From contig PLBK01000021.1 in NCBI GenBank assembly GCA_003134505.1, forward strand, positions 157,276 through 221,275: a DNA stretch of 64,000 nucleotides, written 5' to 3'. A program made the translations under genes and the position numbers. This DNA is from Actinomycetota bacterium (lineage in GTDB: Bacteria > Actinomycetota > Thermoleophilia > Gaiellales > Gaiellaceae). Numbering within the stretch: the stretch's first letter is position 1; the number at the start of each line of letters is the position of its first letter. Below, in pieces: positions 54,473 through 63,299 of this stretch. The notes under the pieces are model-generated. The model was not told the DNA's origin and searched no databases. It saw only the letters and a list, made by a program, of their open reading frames with translations.

Positions 54473-55681
54473 ATGAAGTGGTTGGTTCGAGTCACCCTCG
54501 TTGCCGCACTCGCGTGTTGTGCGGTGGGGGCCGGTTACGCCTCGTCTGCGGAGCGGAGTATTTGGGTCGTGACCGATCTGCTCCGGCAGGCAAGGCACGA
54601 CTTCCCTAACTACGCGGGGATCAGTCTCGTTGGGATGACCGCGACCGATCAAGTGTTGTGGACGGCGTATCCGGCGGTGAACGACGCTCACAGCGTCCGC
54701 GATGTGTTCCGCTGGGAGAACGGGACGATCCGCAACCTCGGCGCTCTGCCTGCGGGCATGAACACGCCCGCGTTCAACAACAACAGTGAGATTGCAGGCA
54801 CCGACTTCAACCCGCACAGCATCCCGATACCCGTCGCCTCCTTCGCTCGATTCCCCCGTGTCCATGCCTTCCTGTGGGAGCCGGGAAAGGTGACGATGCT
54901 AAGCACGCTCGGGCGAGGCTTCGGTTCCGTCGTTGGCTTGAACGACCGAGGGCAGGTGGCGGAGACGGGGATGGGGAGCGTGTCTCGGCGGTTTCGGGGG
55001 CTGCTTTGGCAAGACGGGAAAGTGACCGACCTCGGGACGCTTGGCGGCAAGAGCAGTTTCGCGACCGCGATCAGCGCCAGTGGTCAGGTGATCGGGAATA
55101 GCTGGCTTCCGAACGGAACCTCGCACGGGTTCCTGTGGCAGGACGGCAGGATGCGCGACCTCGGCGGTATCCCCGGCGCGACCTACGGCCCCGCCGCAAT
55201 CAACGACCACAGCCAGATCGTCGGCACGTGGACGAAGGCGAAAGACCGGGCGCCGGAGCGGGCGTTCCTGTGGCAGAACGGCAAGATCATCGACCTCGGC
55301 GCACCCGCAGGCCAGTTGATCGACACGATCACGATCAACAACCGTGGGCAGGTGATCTGGACGAGCCAGAACGGCTCCGGCCCCGTCATGCATGGCTTCC
55401 TTTGGCAGCGCGGGAAGTTGACCAACCTCGGCACGCTCAACGGCATGTCTATCGCCGTGTCTGCGATCAACGACCGAGGCCAGATCGTCGGCACCAACGC
55501 CCCCGCTAGCAAGCCCTTCAACAAGCAACACGCCTTCATCTGGCAGAACGGCACCATGACGCAGCTGCCTGGCCCGGCGATCAAGGCGTACACGATGGAC
55601 ATCGACCAGACCGGCACCCACATTGTCCTCGGCGGCCCCTGCTGCCAACGCCAACTCCTCCTCTGGACACGGCGCGGCTGA
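54473..55681 (+). CDS. secreted HAF-family extracellular repeat protein
   Basis: Signal peptide; about 8 repeats of the form (H)(A/G)FLWQ(D/N)GxxxDLGTLGG. Confidence 0.7.
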   Translation: MKWLVRVTLVAALACCAVGAGYASSAERSIWVVTDLLRQARHDFPNYAGISLVGMTATDQVLWTAYPAVNDAHSVRDVFRWENGTIRNLGALPAGMNTPAFNNNSEIAGTDFNPHSIPIPVASFARFPRVHAFLWEPGKVTMLSTLGRGFGSVVGLNDRGQVAETGMGSVSRRFRGLLWQDGKVTDLGTLGGKSSFATAISASGQVIGNSWLPNGTSHGFLWQDGRMRDLGGIPGATYGPAAINDHSQIVGTWTKAKDRAPERAFLWQNGKIIDLGAPAGQLIDTITINNRGQVIWTSQNGSGPVMHGFLWQRGKLTNLGTLNGMSIAVSAINDRGQIVGTNAPASKPFNKQHAFIWQNGTMTQLPGPAIKAYTMDIDQTGTHIVLGGPCCQRQLLLWTRRG

Positions 55682-55907
55682 CGTAAGTGTTTGACGGCAC
55701 GGTTGGCGTAACGGCACTCTTTGTGGAGTGGGACTCTTGCATTGGCTCGCAGAGAGACACCGCGCCAAGAAGGCGGAGCATGAAGCCATCGAGCAAGCGG
55801 CGGAAGAGATGCACCGGGCTGGCGAGGAGGAGGAGCCGCGCGAAGGTATCGGTGCCAGCGTCTACCCCTGGATGAAGGGCGATGCTTAGGCTGCGAGCGG
55901 CAAGGCT

Positions 55908-55943
55908 CGCGCTCGGGCGAGTGCCTGACTGAGGCGGGCGAGC
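55908..55943 (+). repeat. family-A repeat core, copy 5
   Basis: cgcgctcgggcgagtgcctgactgaggcgggcgagc, preceded by hairpin gcgagc-ggcaag-gctcgc. Confidence 0.85.
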
Positions 55944-55944
55944 A

Positions 55945-55970
55945 TGTCGTGGAATGGTGGAGAGGCGACA
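55945..55970. repeat. family-B hairpin, copy e (diverged), abutting repeat copy 5
   Basis: tgtcgtggaatggtggagaggcgaca. Confidence 0.6.
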
Positions 55971-56001
55971 GCCCCGCCGGGCTTGTGTCACCATCAAAGT
56001 G

Positions 56002-57219
56002 ATGAAGCGCGTTGCCTTGTTGGCGTGCGCTGCCGCGTTCGGTCTGGCTGGTCTTGCCTCGGCTGCGGCGCAGCGCCCGGCACTCCTGGCGGTGGTTGGG
56101 ACGAAAGCCTCAGTGGCGGTTGTCAGACTTGACCCGCTGACGCTTCGTCGCGTCGGTTCGGCAAGGGTGTCCCTTGGTTCGTTTGGCGGAGCGTGGGGAC
56201 GCTCGCCGGACGGTTCTCGTCTCGCGCTGGCAACTGGTGCGGCGGTGAGATTCGTTGATGCTCGGCGGCTGCGACTAACGGGCACGTTCGGGCTCGGGAA
56301 GGGCAGCCAGGTCAATGTGATTGCTTGGGTTGCCCCGCGCACTGTGATCGCTGTGTACGACGACACCTTCGTGGTCGGTATCGATCCTGTCTCCCTGCAC
56401 GCTCTCTGGCGCAAGAGCCTGCCCACGATCCCCTCCGACGATCTTGTCCGGTCAGCCTCCGGGCTCGTGTTCATCTTCCCTCCGCTCGACGGGAGCGTCG
56501 GCCCGACAACGCTGACCACTCTCAACCAGAACGGTCGGATGCGCTCAGTCGTCCTCACGAAGGTGCAGACCGGCGCACAAGAGGACGCCTCCGGCTCATC
56601 GAACCTGACCGGCTCGCAAGGCTCCCTGACCGTCGATCCCGCGAGCAACACGGCATACGTCTACGCGGTGGGTGACCCGGTCGCACAAGTCGATTTGGGT
56701 TCGCTCACGGTCGGCTACCACACGCTGCCCAAGCGCACGCTTGCCTCCACCCAGTACGGGATCACCGGCCCCGAGCCGCTCATCGTCTGGCTCGGAAGTG
56801 GACTGATCGCCATCACCGGCAGAAGCGGCAGCACTGCCACCGACTCCCAAGGCATCCAGCACCCCGTCGAGACGCCAGCCGGACTGAGCATCCTCAACAC
56901 CGGCACCTGGACGACCCGCTCAGTCGATCAAACCTCAAGCGCAGTAATCCAGACGGGCGGCCTCCTCCTTGCCTACAGCCAACTGTTCGGCTACTCCGGT
57001 CGAATCACGTTCACGGGCGACGGGCTATCCGCATACGGGCTCGACGGAACCTCCAAGTACCACCTGTTCGGACAAGACCCAATCTCAGACGTGCAGGCGG
57101 CGAACGGGCTCGCCTACATCGGGGGCAACGTCGTCAACGTCATCACGGTCGCCTCAGGAAAGACCGTCAAGGCTCGCGTTCCCGGACTTCTGAAACTCCT
57201 GATCGACCCTCCCCTGTAG
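56002..57219 (+). CDS. secreted hypothetical protein (beta-rich, propeller-like?)
   Basis: Signal peptide MKRVALLACAAAFGLAGLASAAA. Confidence 0.6.
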   Translation: MKRVALLACAAAFGLAGLASAAAQRPALLAVVGTKASVAVVRLDPLTLRRVGSARVSLGSFGGAWGRSPDGSRLALATGAAVRFVDARRLRLTGTFGLGKGSQVNVIAWVAPRTVIAVYDDTFVVGIDPVSLHALWRKSLPTIPSDDLVRSASGLVFIFPPLDGSVGPTTLTTLNQNGRMRSVVLTKVQTGAQEDASGSSNLTGSQGSLTVDPASNTAYVYAVGDPVAQVDLGSLTVGYHTLPKRTLASTQYGITGPEPLIVWLGSGLIAITGRSGSTATDSQGIQHPVETPAGLSILNTGTWTTRSVDQTSSAVIQTGGLLLAYSQLFGYSGRITFTGDGLSAYGLDGTSKYHLFGQDPISDVQAANGLAYIGGNVVNVITVASGKTVKARVPGLLKLLIDPPL

Positions 57220-57224
57220 CGCAC

Positions 57225-57252
57225 CTGTCGCTCTTTGCTGGAAGGGCGACAG
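57225..57252. repeat. family-B hairpin, copy b (ctgtcgctctt-tgctgg-aagggcgacag)
   Basis: 5 nt after the stop at 57219, shared by convergent genes. Confidence 0.75.
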
Positions 57253-57254
57253 GC

Positions 57255-58169
57255 TTACTGGATGTAGCCGGTCTTGCGTAGGAAGTGTTTGAGCGCGTGG
57301 ATGTAGGCGACCGGGTTACGCGGAGGCTGGTCGAAGGGGCCGGGAACGAGGTCGCCTCTTCGTAGTGCTTGGGCGAGCGTGCGGTCAACCGCTCTGCTCT
57401 GGCCGAGCATGTACTTGTCCGCAGCCCAGGCAGCCAAGATGTAGCGCGCCTCGCCGCGAGGGCGCTTGCGGCGATCATCGAGGTATAGACGCCAGAGAGA
57501 AACGGCGTCCTTCTGGATCAGCTTTGGGTACCGCCGCGTGATGTCGTTGAATGTGCCGTGGTCATATGACCAGAGCCGGATCGGCTCGACAACCCCGACG
57601 TAGGCCGTGAGGGCCGCGAAGCGGTCGTCCTCGGAAACGAACTCCAGGCGTCCATCCCCGTTGAGGTCACGGAGAGAGGGAGCGGCGCGATTTCCACCCC
57701 AAAAGTGATTGGTGGGAACGTAGGTGTTGCGTGCAGCGTCGAACCGGTAGATACGCGACCAATAGCAGCACTGGGTTCCGCCCCAGAAGAGCAGGAGACT
57801 GACCTCGGGCTCACCGTCACCGTCAAGATCGCGCACAACGAACCACCCAGGTAAGCCCCCCAACTCCACTCTGTAGACACGCGTTCCGGCCACCTCCTTC
57901 GGCACGGTTTCTGCGAAGATTTGCCTTCCGCCACGCGAGATGCGGATGCGCGGGTTCGCAGGCGTGCCGATGCCGTAGCTGTCCACCAAGTTCTCGTACA
58001 AGAGGACGGCCCGTGTCGAACCCGCATGGGCGACCCTCCGGGCTGGAACGACGCGCACCGCGGTCGAGCCGGATGCCCGAACCGTGGTCGCAGCAACTGG
58101 AGCCATGACCGCGACCATCGCTGCCGCCCCGACGGCAGCAAGACCAAGGCCGTGATACTTGCGGCGCAC
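57255..58169 (-). CDS. secreted protein with FG-GAP/VCBS-like Ca-binding loops
   Basis: Signal peptide; VRDLDGDGEPEV and LRDLNGDGRLEF motifs; GTG 58169 chosen. Confidence 0.55.
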   Translation of the reverse strand: MRRKYHGLGLAAVGAAAMVAVMAPVAATTVRASGSTAVRVVPARRVAHAGSTRAVLLYENLVDSYGIGTPANPRIRISRGGRQIFAETVPKEVAGTRVYRVELGGLPGWFVVRDLDGDGEPEVSLLLFWGGTQCCYWSRIYRFDAARNTYVPTNHFWGGNRAAPSLRDLNGDGRLEFVSEDDRFAALTAYVGVVEPIRLWSYDHGTFNDITRRYPKLIQKDAVSLWRLYLDDRRKRPRGEARYILAAWAADKYMLGQSRAVDRTLAQALRRGDLVPGPFDQPPRNPVAYIHALKHFLRKTGYIQ

Positions 58170-58256
58170 GGAACAGGTGTACCGCCTTCCGCTGCTCGCC
58201 GCAATCCCTCGGGTGGGTCGGCCCCCGTCGCACTTTGCGGGAACCACGACAGATGG

Positions 58257-58976
58257 TCAGTGTGTGAGAGTTTGGGTTGTGCCGTTGGTGTAGTGGACGG
58301 TGATTGACCTGAGGGCTTGGTTGCGTCCTTCGTAGGCCCAGACGTTGTTCTTGACCGGCACGGTTGTCTCTTTGCCTTCGGCGATGAAGGAGACGGCGGT
58401 GATGCCGTCTTGAGCAATGCCGTAGCTGAGTGGGGGGGTAGCGCCGGGGCCGTTCACCACACGATCAAACGTCGCGACGGTGGTCGGCTCAGATTGGGTG
58501 AGCGGCTTGCCGCAGGATTCGAGTTCAAGCTTGGCCTGGTTGGTTACCACGATGCAGAGCGCGTTCGTGGTTGTCGTGATGACGTAGATTCGCGCGCTGC
58601 CTGGAAGCTGACCAACGAGGCGAGAGGTGTCAAAGAGGAAGGGGCTTCCAGGCAGTGGATGAGCCTCAAGCCAAGTGACGACTGTCGGGTCGAGCACGTC
58701 TTGCGCTGTTTGCGCGTGGTTGGCGGTGGCGATCCCAGCGAACGGCCCCCATCCCCGTGTTCCGGCGACAGCCGCCCCGCCGACCACGAGGACAACAAGA
58801 ACGACGGCGGCGATCAGGAGGCGTCTACGGTCGCGCAGGCCCGCTCCCAGCCTTCCGGCAGGCCGTCTCGCCGTGACGCCTGCGTCCCGGAGCACGCTTT
58901 GCCAGTCGGGCTGAGCGACCGGGGCCGGGAACAGGCGGGCAAGCTCGCTTCTGAGCAACGACTCCGTTTCGATCAT
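58257..58976 (-). CDS. single-pass membrane protein, anti-sigma-factor-like (module A)
   Basis: ATGA overlap with the ECF sigma gene; cytoplasmic DWQSVLRDAG motif, one TM helix, extracytoplasmic domain. Confidence 0.6.
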   Translation of the reverse strand: MIETESLLRSELARLFPAPVAQPDWQSVLRDAGVTARRPAGRLGAGLRDRRRLLIAAVVLVVLVVGGAAVAGTRGWGPFAGIATANHAQTAQDVLDPTVVTWLEAHPLPGSPFLFDTSRLVGQLPGSARIYVITTTTNALCIVVTNQAKLELESCGKPLTQSEPTTVATFDRVVNGPGATPPLSYGIAQDGITAVSFIAEGKETTVPVKNNVWAYEGRNQALRSITVHYTNGTTQTLTH

Positions 58977-59467
58977 CTCTCCACCTCCTGTTGTTTCAAG
59001 GCGCGCAGGCGCGCGTGAGCGGCGCTCAACGTTGCCGACACCGTTCCCACCTCGATCCCCAGCACCGAGGCGATGCCCTGGTAGTCAAGATCAGCGAAGT
59101 AGCGCAGGAACACGACCGTGCGCTGCCGCTCCGGTAGCGATGCGAGCCAGGGGCGTAGAGCCAGCGGATCGTCGCTGCTGCCGTTCACCGACGGCGTATC
59201 CTCGCACGACTCTGGCGTCCACTCATCGTCGGTCGTAGCGGAGCGCCGACGGTCACGGGCTGCGTTGACGACGATCTGCCACACCCATGCCTCCACGGGT
59301 GCTTCGCGGCGGTACGACGCTCGTGACCGGATCGCCCGCACAAACGCGTCGTGAACCGCGTCAGCGCCCAACGCCTCGTCGCCCGCGATCACCGAAGCAA
59401 CCCGCAGGAACCGCTCGTAGCCGTCCCGGTACACCGCTTCGAGTTCGTCAAGTTCCACAGTCACCAA
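58973..59467 (-). CDS. ECF-type RNA polymerase sigma-70 factor (module A)
   Basis: Region 2 DAVHDAFVRAIRS..VEAWVWQIVVNAARD; region 4 LPERQRTVVFLRYFADLDYQGIASVLGIEVGTVSATLSAAHARL. Confidence 0.85.
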   Translation of the reverse strand: MVTVELDELEAVYRDGYERFLRVASVIAGDEALGADAVHDAFVRAIRSRASYRREAPVEAWVWQIVVNAARDRRRSATTDDEWTPESCEDTPSVNGSSDDPLALRPWLASLPERQRTVVFLRYFADLDYQGIASVLGIEVGTVSATLSAAHARLRALKQQEVER

Positions 59468-59553
59468 CAGTCTCTACCTACAAGACTGCATGGACTGCCT
59501 GGTTTGTTTAGAGCGGTTGATTGTCTACGCCGTCCGGGCAGCGAGCTACGGCT

Positions 59554-59589
59554 CGCGCTCGGGCGTTCGCCTGACTGAGGCGGGCGAGC
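59554..59589 (+). repeat. family-A repeat core, copy 6
   Basis: cgcgctcgggcgttcgcctgactgaggcgggcgagc, preceded by hairpin gcgagc-tacg-gctcgc. Confidence 0.85.
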
Positions 59590-59590
59590 A

Positions 59591-59613
59591 TGTCGCGTTC
59601 TGGAACTGCGACA
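59591..59613. repeat. family-B hairpin, copy d, abutting repeat copy 6
   Basis: tgtcgc-gttc-tg-gaac-t-gcgaca. Confidence 0.7.
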
Positions 59614-59637
59614 CCTTGGCACGCTTGCAAGAGCGAA

Positions 59638-59790
59638 TCAGAAGCCTCTCCCTGGGTAGATGGCGATGACTCGGCCCTGGGCGTCGTAGGCGACGAGGTT
59701 GAACGGATAGAGCGTCGCAACGGCGGTCGAGCTCGCTGGAACGCATCGTCCCGACGCCCGCAGATCGAATCGGTCTCGATCAAGCACCAT
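59638..59790 (-). pseudogene. 50-aa mini-ORF: remnant of the C-terminus of an anti-sigma-like paralogue
   Basis: ..YPFNLVAYDAQGRVIAIYPGRGF* versus end of 60759..62093 ..YPVNMVAYDAQDRVVAVDPWSGF*; nucleotide similarity also visible. Confidence 0.4.
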
Positions 59791-59851
59791 TTCTACAATG
59801 CACATTCAAGCCCGGACACGTGCCCTTATGCTAGGAAGTGCCACTCTACTC

Positions 59852-60553
59852 TCATAGTCTCTCGCTGAAACTACCTCCGTTGCTAATCGCGGCATTGAGA
59901 GTACAGTCAGACGCCTTCAGGCTTGCGTCAGGTGCGACCCAGGTCACGGTATCTCCGGACAGGCTGGCCGAGTAACTTCCTGCTCCACAGCTCAAGGTGA
60001 CACTCGTGACTTCTGGAGCAACATGTCCGAAGAGAACGACAGGCAGCAGGCCCTTCGGGCCATCAAAGTCCGAGGTACTGACCTGAACCGGCAAAGCCTG
60101 ACCAGGAGCACCAATGGCTGGCGCATGAGCCCAGCAATCCCCGTTGCCAAGTAGGAAATAGCAGCTGCCCGCATTCCCTCTATCAACTCCGTAGACGGTT
60201 AGTCCAGCAAATGAGCCACTTGAGGCTGAAAACGTATAGACCGCCTGCGTAGTAGCGATCACCGCCGGCGTGAGGTCCAGCTGCGAGCGGGTCTCGACGC
60301 TCATGCCCGCGAGACTTGCCTGGGCTTCCGCCACACTTCGCCAGCCAAGCGAGGGAGGCGGCAGCGTTGTTCTGGTCAACGGCTTCGCCTTGGTCGTTGG
60401 CGACTCGGCCCCTGCCAACCGATGCAGAGCGTACCGCGCTGGACGGATAGCGGCCTTGCGGACAGAGTTGCTCGGCGCGGCGAGGGCTCCAGCAGCTGCG
60501 CCAGCGCTGGCCAAGACGATTGCGGCGATCACGATGCGACTCTTGCTTGGCAT
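59852..60553 (-). CDS. secreted hypothetical protein
   Basis: Signal peptide MPSKSRIVIAAIVLASAGAAAGALA. Confidence 0.6.
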   Translation of the reverse strand: MPSKSRIVIAAIVLASAGAAAGALAAPSNSVRKAAIRPARYALHRLAGAESPTTKAKPLTRTTLPPPSLGWRSVAEAQASLAGMSVETRSQLDLTPAVIATTQAVYTFSASSGSFAGLTVYGVDRGNAGSCYFLLGNGDCWAHAPAIGAPGQALPVQVSTSDFDGPKGLLPVVLFGHVAPEVTSVTLSCGAGSYSASLSGDTVTWVAPDASLKASDCTLNAAISNGGSFSERL

Positions 60554-60714
60554 CTCTCTACCTCCTGGTCGTTGACGAGCTTGCGGTAGTGCTCGCCGCT
60601 GAGCAGAGCGCGGCGAGGGTCAGGGAGAAGACGAGTGCAGCACGGCGCATTGGAGAACCTCCCGAAAGGCTGGCGCGTACCCGGAGTCTAGTCGTCAGGG
60701 GATCAGCCCTCGCG

Positions 60715-60740
60715 TGTCGTCTTCTGCTGGGAAGGCGACA
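60715..60740. repeat. family-B hairpin, copy c (tgtcgtcttc-tgctgg-gaaggcgaca)
   Basis: 19 nt after the stop at 60759 of the anti-sigma-like gene. Confidence 0.75.
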
Positions 60741-60758
60741 GTCGTTCTGGGGGATGGA

Positions 60759-62093
60759 TCAGAAGCCGCTCCAGGGATCGACGGCGACGACTCGGTCTTG
60801 AGCGTCGTAGGCAACCATGTTGACGGGGTACTGGGCGCGGGGGACTTGGATGGCGAAGGCGTTGTCCTTGAGCGGCACGGGCCAGCGTTCGCCATCTGAG
60901 AGGAAGAGGACGAGGCGCGTGATCTGATCGCTGGCGACACCCGATAGGAGCGAGAACTGGTCGCCGCCAAATGCTTGCGAGAGTTCGGCGTCCAGGGGGC
61001 CATGAGAGAGGACGCTGCAGCCTCCACCGCCGCTGTCGCCAACGACCGTGTCTACGCAGAGGTTGTGCCGCTTGCCGACTTGGAGAATGACGATGCGTAC
61101 GTTGCTGAGTGGATCGGGTTGGATTACGCGAGCGAAGTGTTCTCGGCTCAGGTGGTATCCGACGATGGAGGTGGCTGGGATGTGCGCTGCGGCGAGTGAC
61201 AGCCCACGTGGCTCGTGGCGGTTGACCCAGCGGATCGTCCAATGGGTAAGCACGTGCTCGACCTTTGTGGGGCCGGGCGCTGGCTGGTTCGTGTTGAGCC
61301 GGTGGAGGGGAGCGAAGCCGAATGGGGCTGCGGCTACGGGCACAGGGAGCCGATGGCTCTGAGTGTCGAAGGCGAAGACGTGTCGGACGCGGCTGCCGAG
61401 CGGTGGATGCTGGCGGATGGCAAGGAAGGCGTTGTTTGCGACGATGGCTTGTTGGCGGTAGCTGCCGCTGACAAGTTCGATCCGCCTGACGCTGTCGGCG
61501 GCGAACCCGAAGCTCGCTGACGCCATCGGAGCGGTGAACCGCTTCCCTGGCGCAGGCTTGCCGGGGCCAAAGGCCCAGTCAACTGCCGCGACCTGCGCGG
61601 GACTGTGCGCCCGCTCCAACGCAACGCGGGGGACACAACTCATCCAAGGCTGTCCGCCGATGCCTTGAGCGACAAGTCGCAGGCAAAGCTGGTCGCCAGA
61701 GCGGAAACCGTACAAGCGGTAGACAGCACCGCCGACCCGTGTCTCGATCAGGCGACGCAGCTTCGTGCCAGGCGGGAAGCCTGCGTACGAACGGGAGTTG
61801 GCAGCACCGAAAGTTGCCTGTTCGGCTGGGGATGCAGGGGTTCCGGGCGACCCTGTCAACCAGTGCGAGAAGCCGCCGACTGTGGCAGCCAACGTCACCC
61901 CGACAGCAAGCGTGAGAACCACCAGCGCGAACGCAAGCACGAGCGCCCTGCGGGGAGGATGCAGCCGTCGCGCCCAAGCGGGCCGCCTTGTCTCGCCTGC
62001 GCGTCTGAGCACGTCAGCCCAGTCCGAGTCATCGACGTGGTTCGTGACTGCGGCGAACCGCTCGGCGATCAGGTCGTCGGCGAAGCTGGTCAT
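60759..62093 (-). CDS. single-pass membrane protein, anti-sigma-factor-like with large extracytoplasmic domain (module B)
   Basis: ATGA overlap with sigma gene; DWADVLRRAG motif, one TM helix (LVLAFALVVLTLAVGVTLAA). Confidence 0.6.
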   Translation of the reverse strand: MTSFADDLIAERFAAVTNHVDDSDWADVLRRAGETRRPAWARRLHPPRRALVLAFALVVLTLAVGVTLAATVGGFSHWLTGSPGTPASPAEQATFGAANSRSYAGFPPGTKLRRLIETRVGGAVYRLYGFRSGDQLCLRLVAQGIGGQPWMSCVPRVALERAHSPAQVAAVDWAFGPGKPAPGKRFTAPMASASFGFAADSVRRIELVSGSYRQQAIVANNAFLAIRQHPPLGSRVRHVFAFDTQSHRLPVPVAAAPFGFAPLHRLNTNQPAPGPTKVEHVLTHWTIRWVNRHEPRGLSLAAAHIPATSIVGYHLSREHFARVIQPDPLSNVRIVILQVGKRHNLCVDTVVGDSGGGGCSVLSHGPLDAELSQAFGGDQFSLLSGVASDQITRLVLFLSDGERWPVPLKDNAFAIQVPRAQYPVNMVAYDAQDRVVAVDPWSGF

Positions 62094-62581
62094 GCTCCCA
62101 CTTCCTTTCGGTCGAGCACAGCGAGCAAGTCAGCCCGCGCCTGCGCAAGAGTCGCCGCTACCGTCCCCTCGCTGATACCGCAGACCCCGGCGATCTCCCC
62201 GTACGGGAGGTCAGCGAAGTAGTGCAAGAAGACAACCAGCCTTCGGCGAGGAGGAAGCCCCCGAAGCGCGTCAGCAAGCTCCGAGTCGAGCGACGGCTCA
62301 ACCAGACCGGGCTCCGGAAACGCTGTCAGCGGAACGACGCACTGTCGCTGCATGAAGACGCTGCATGAAGACAGCGCAGTGCGGAACGCGATTCGCCACA
62401 CCCACGCCTCCAACGACCCATCGCCCCGGAACGTCTCACGCCGCCGCAGCGCCTGAGCGAACGCCTCCTGCACGACATCTCGCGCCGTCTCGTAGCTTCC
62501 GGTCGTGGTCGCCAGCACATTCCGAAACGCCACATACCGGCGACGGTACAAATCCTCGATCTGCTCAAGCGTCGCGGCCAC
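62090..62581 (-). CDS. ECF-type RNA polymerase sigma-70 factor (module B)
   Basis: Region 2 DVVQEAFAQALRR..LEAWVWRIAFRTAL; region 4 LPPRRRLVVFLHYFADLPYGEIAGVCGISEGTVAATLAQARADL. Confidence 0.85.
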   Translation of the reverse strand: MAATLEQIEDLYRRRYVAFRNVLATTTGSYETARDVVQEAFAQALRRRETFRGDGSLEAWVWRIAFRTALSSCSVFMQRQCVVPLTAFPEPGLVEPSLDSELADALRGLPPRRRLVVFLHYFADLPYGEIAGVCGISEGTVAATLAQARADLLAVLDRKEVGA

Positions 62582-62738
62582 CTACTCATACAGAGGGTAG
62601 AGCGCGCCGAAACCTTTATCGGCAGGAGACGATTCCGTTCCGTCGGCGAGCGTCGGGCCAGACCTGGCCCCTTGCCGCCCGGTGATGGTAGTGCGACGGC
62701 CCACCCAACCTTTTGCCTGCCCGGTGCCACTTATATAG

Positions 62739-63299
62739 GTGACGATGGAGATTCCCCTGACGGAGATACACCCGCGCGCGGATCGGGATGAGCGTTCCAG
62801 GGAGGCGCTGTTGGCCGAACTTCGACCGCTCGTGGTGCGGACGGTTCGTCTTGTCGTCGGCGCTGGCTCAACCGTTGCTGAGGATGCTGCGCAAGAGGCG
62901 CTGCTCGAACTGAGCAGGGCGCTGCCGCGACTCAGAAACAGCGGAGCCGCACCGGCCTTCGCCGCGCGGATCGCCGCTCGTGTCGCGCTCGAAATGGTGA
63001 AGAGGGAGAGGCGGTTTCCTCTACTCGACATTCGCGCTCGTCGTTCGGTTGAATCGCTGGCCGGTGATCAGCCGGGAGAGCTGCTCGAACTCAAGGAGGC
63101 GTTCGATCAACTGCCGCCCGGCCAGCGCGCGACCGCTGTCCTACGGCTCTACGTTGGCCTGAGCGAGCAGGAAACCGCCGATGCCCTCGGCTGCTCGGTC
63201 GGAACGGTGAAGCACCAACTCCACGACGCCCGGCACGCCCTCGGGATGTACCTCGACCGGAGCAGGCCGAGGGAACGACGAAAGAGAGGAACGAGATGA
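62739..63299 (+). CDS. ECF-type RNA polymerase sigma-70 factor (module C)
   Basis: Region 2 EDAAQEALLELSRAL; region 4 LPPGQRATAVLRLYVGLSEQETADALGCSVGTVKHQLHDARHAL. Confidence 0.85.
   Translation: MTMEIPLTEIHPRADRDERSREALLAELRPLVVRTVRLVVGAGSTVAEDAAQEALLELSRALPRLRNSGAAPAFAARIAARVALEMVKRERRFPLLDIRARRSVESLAGDQPGELLELKEAFDQLPPGQRATAVLRLYVGLSEQETADALGCSVGTVKHQLHDARHALGMYLDRSRPRERRKRGTR

Noticed and set aside
59766-59783. Similarity of (L)IETDS at 59783 (minus) to the MIETES start of 58257..58976
   Set aside because: The match is only five residues, in a different frame from the convincing C-terminal homology. It is probably coincidence.
60557-60649. 30-aa minus-strand ORF MRRAALVFSLTLAALCSAAS.. 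(lipoprotein-signal-like) directly upstream of 59852..60553
   Set aside because: It is too short and the downstream gene has its own signal peptide. It may be another cassette remnant, but this cannot be supported from sequence alone.
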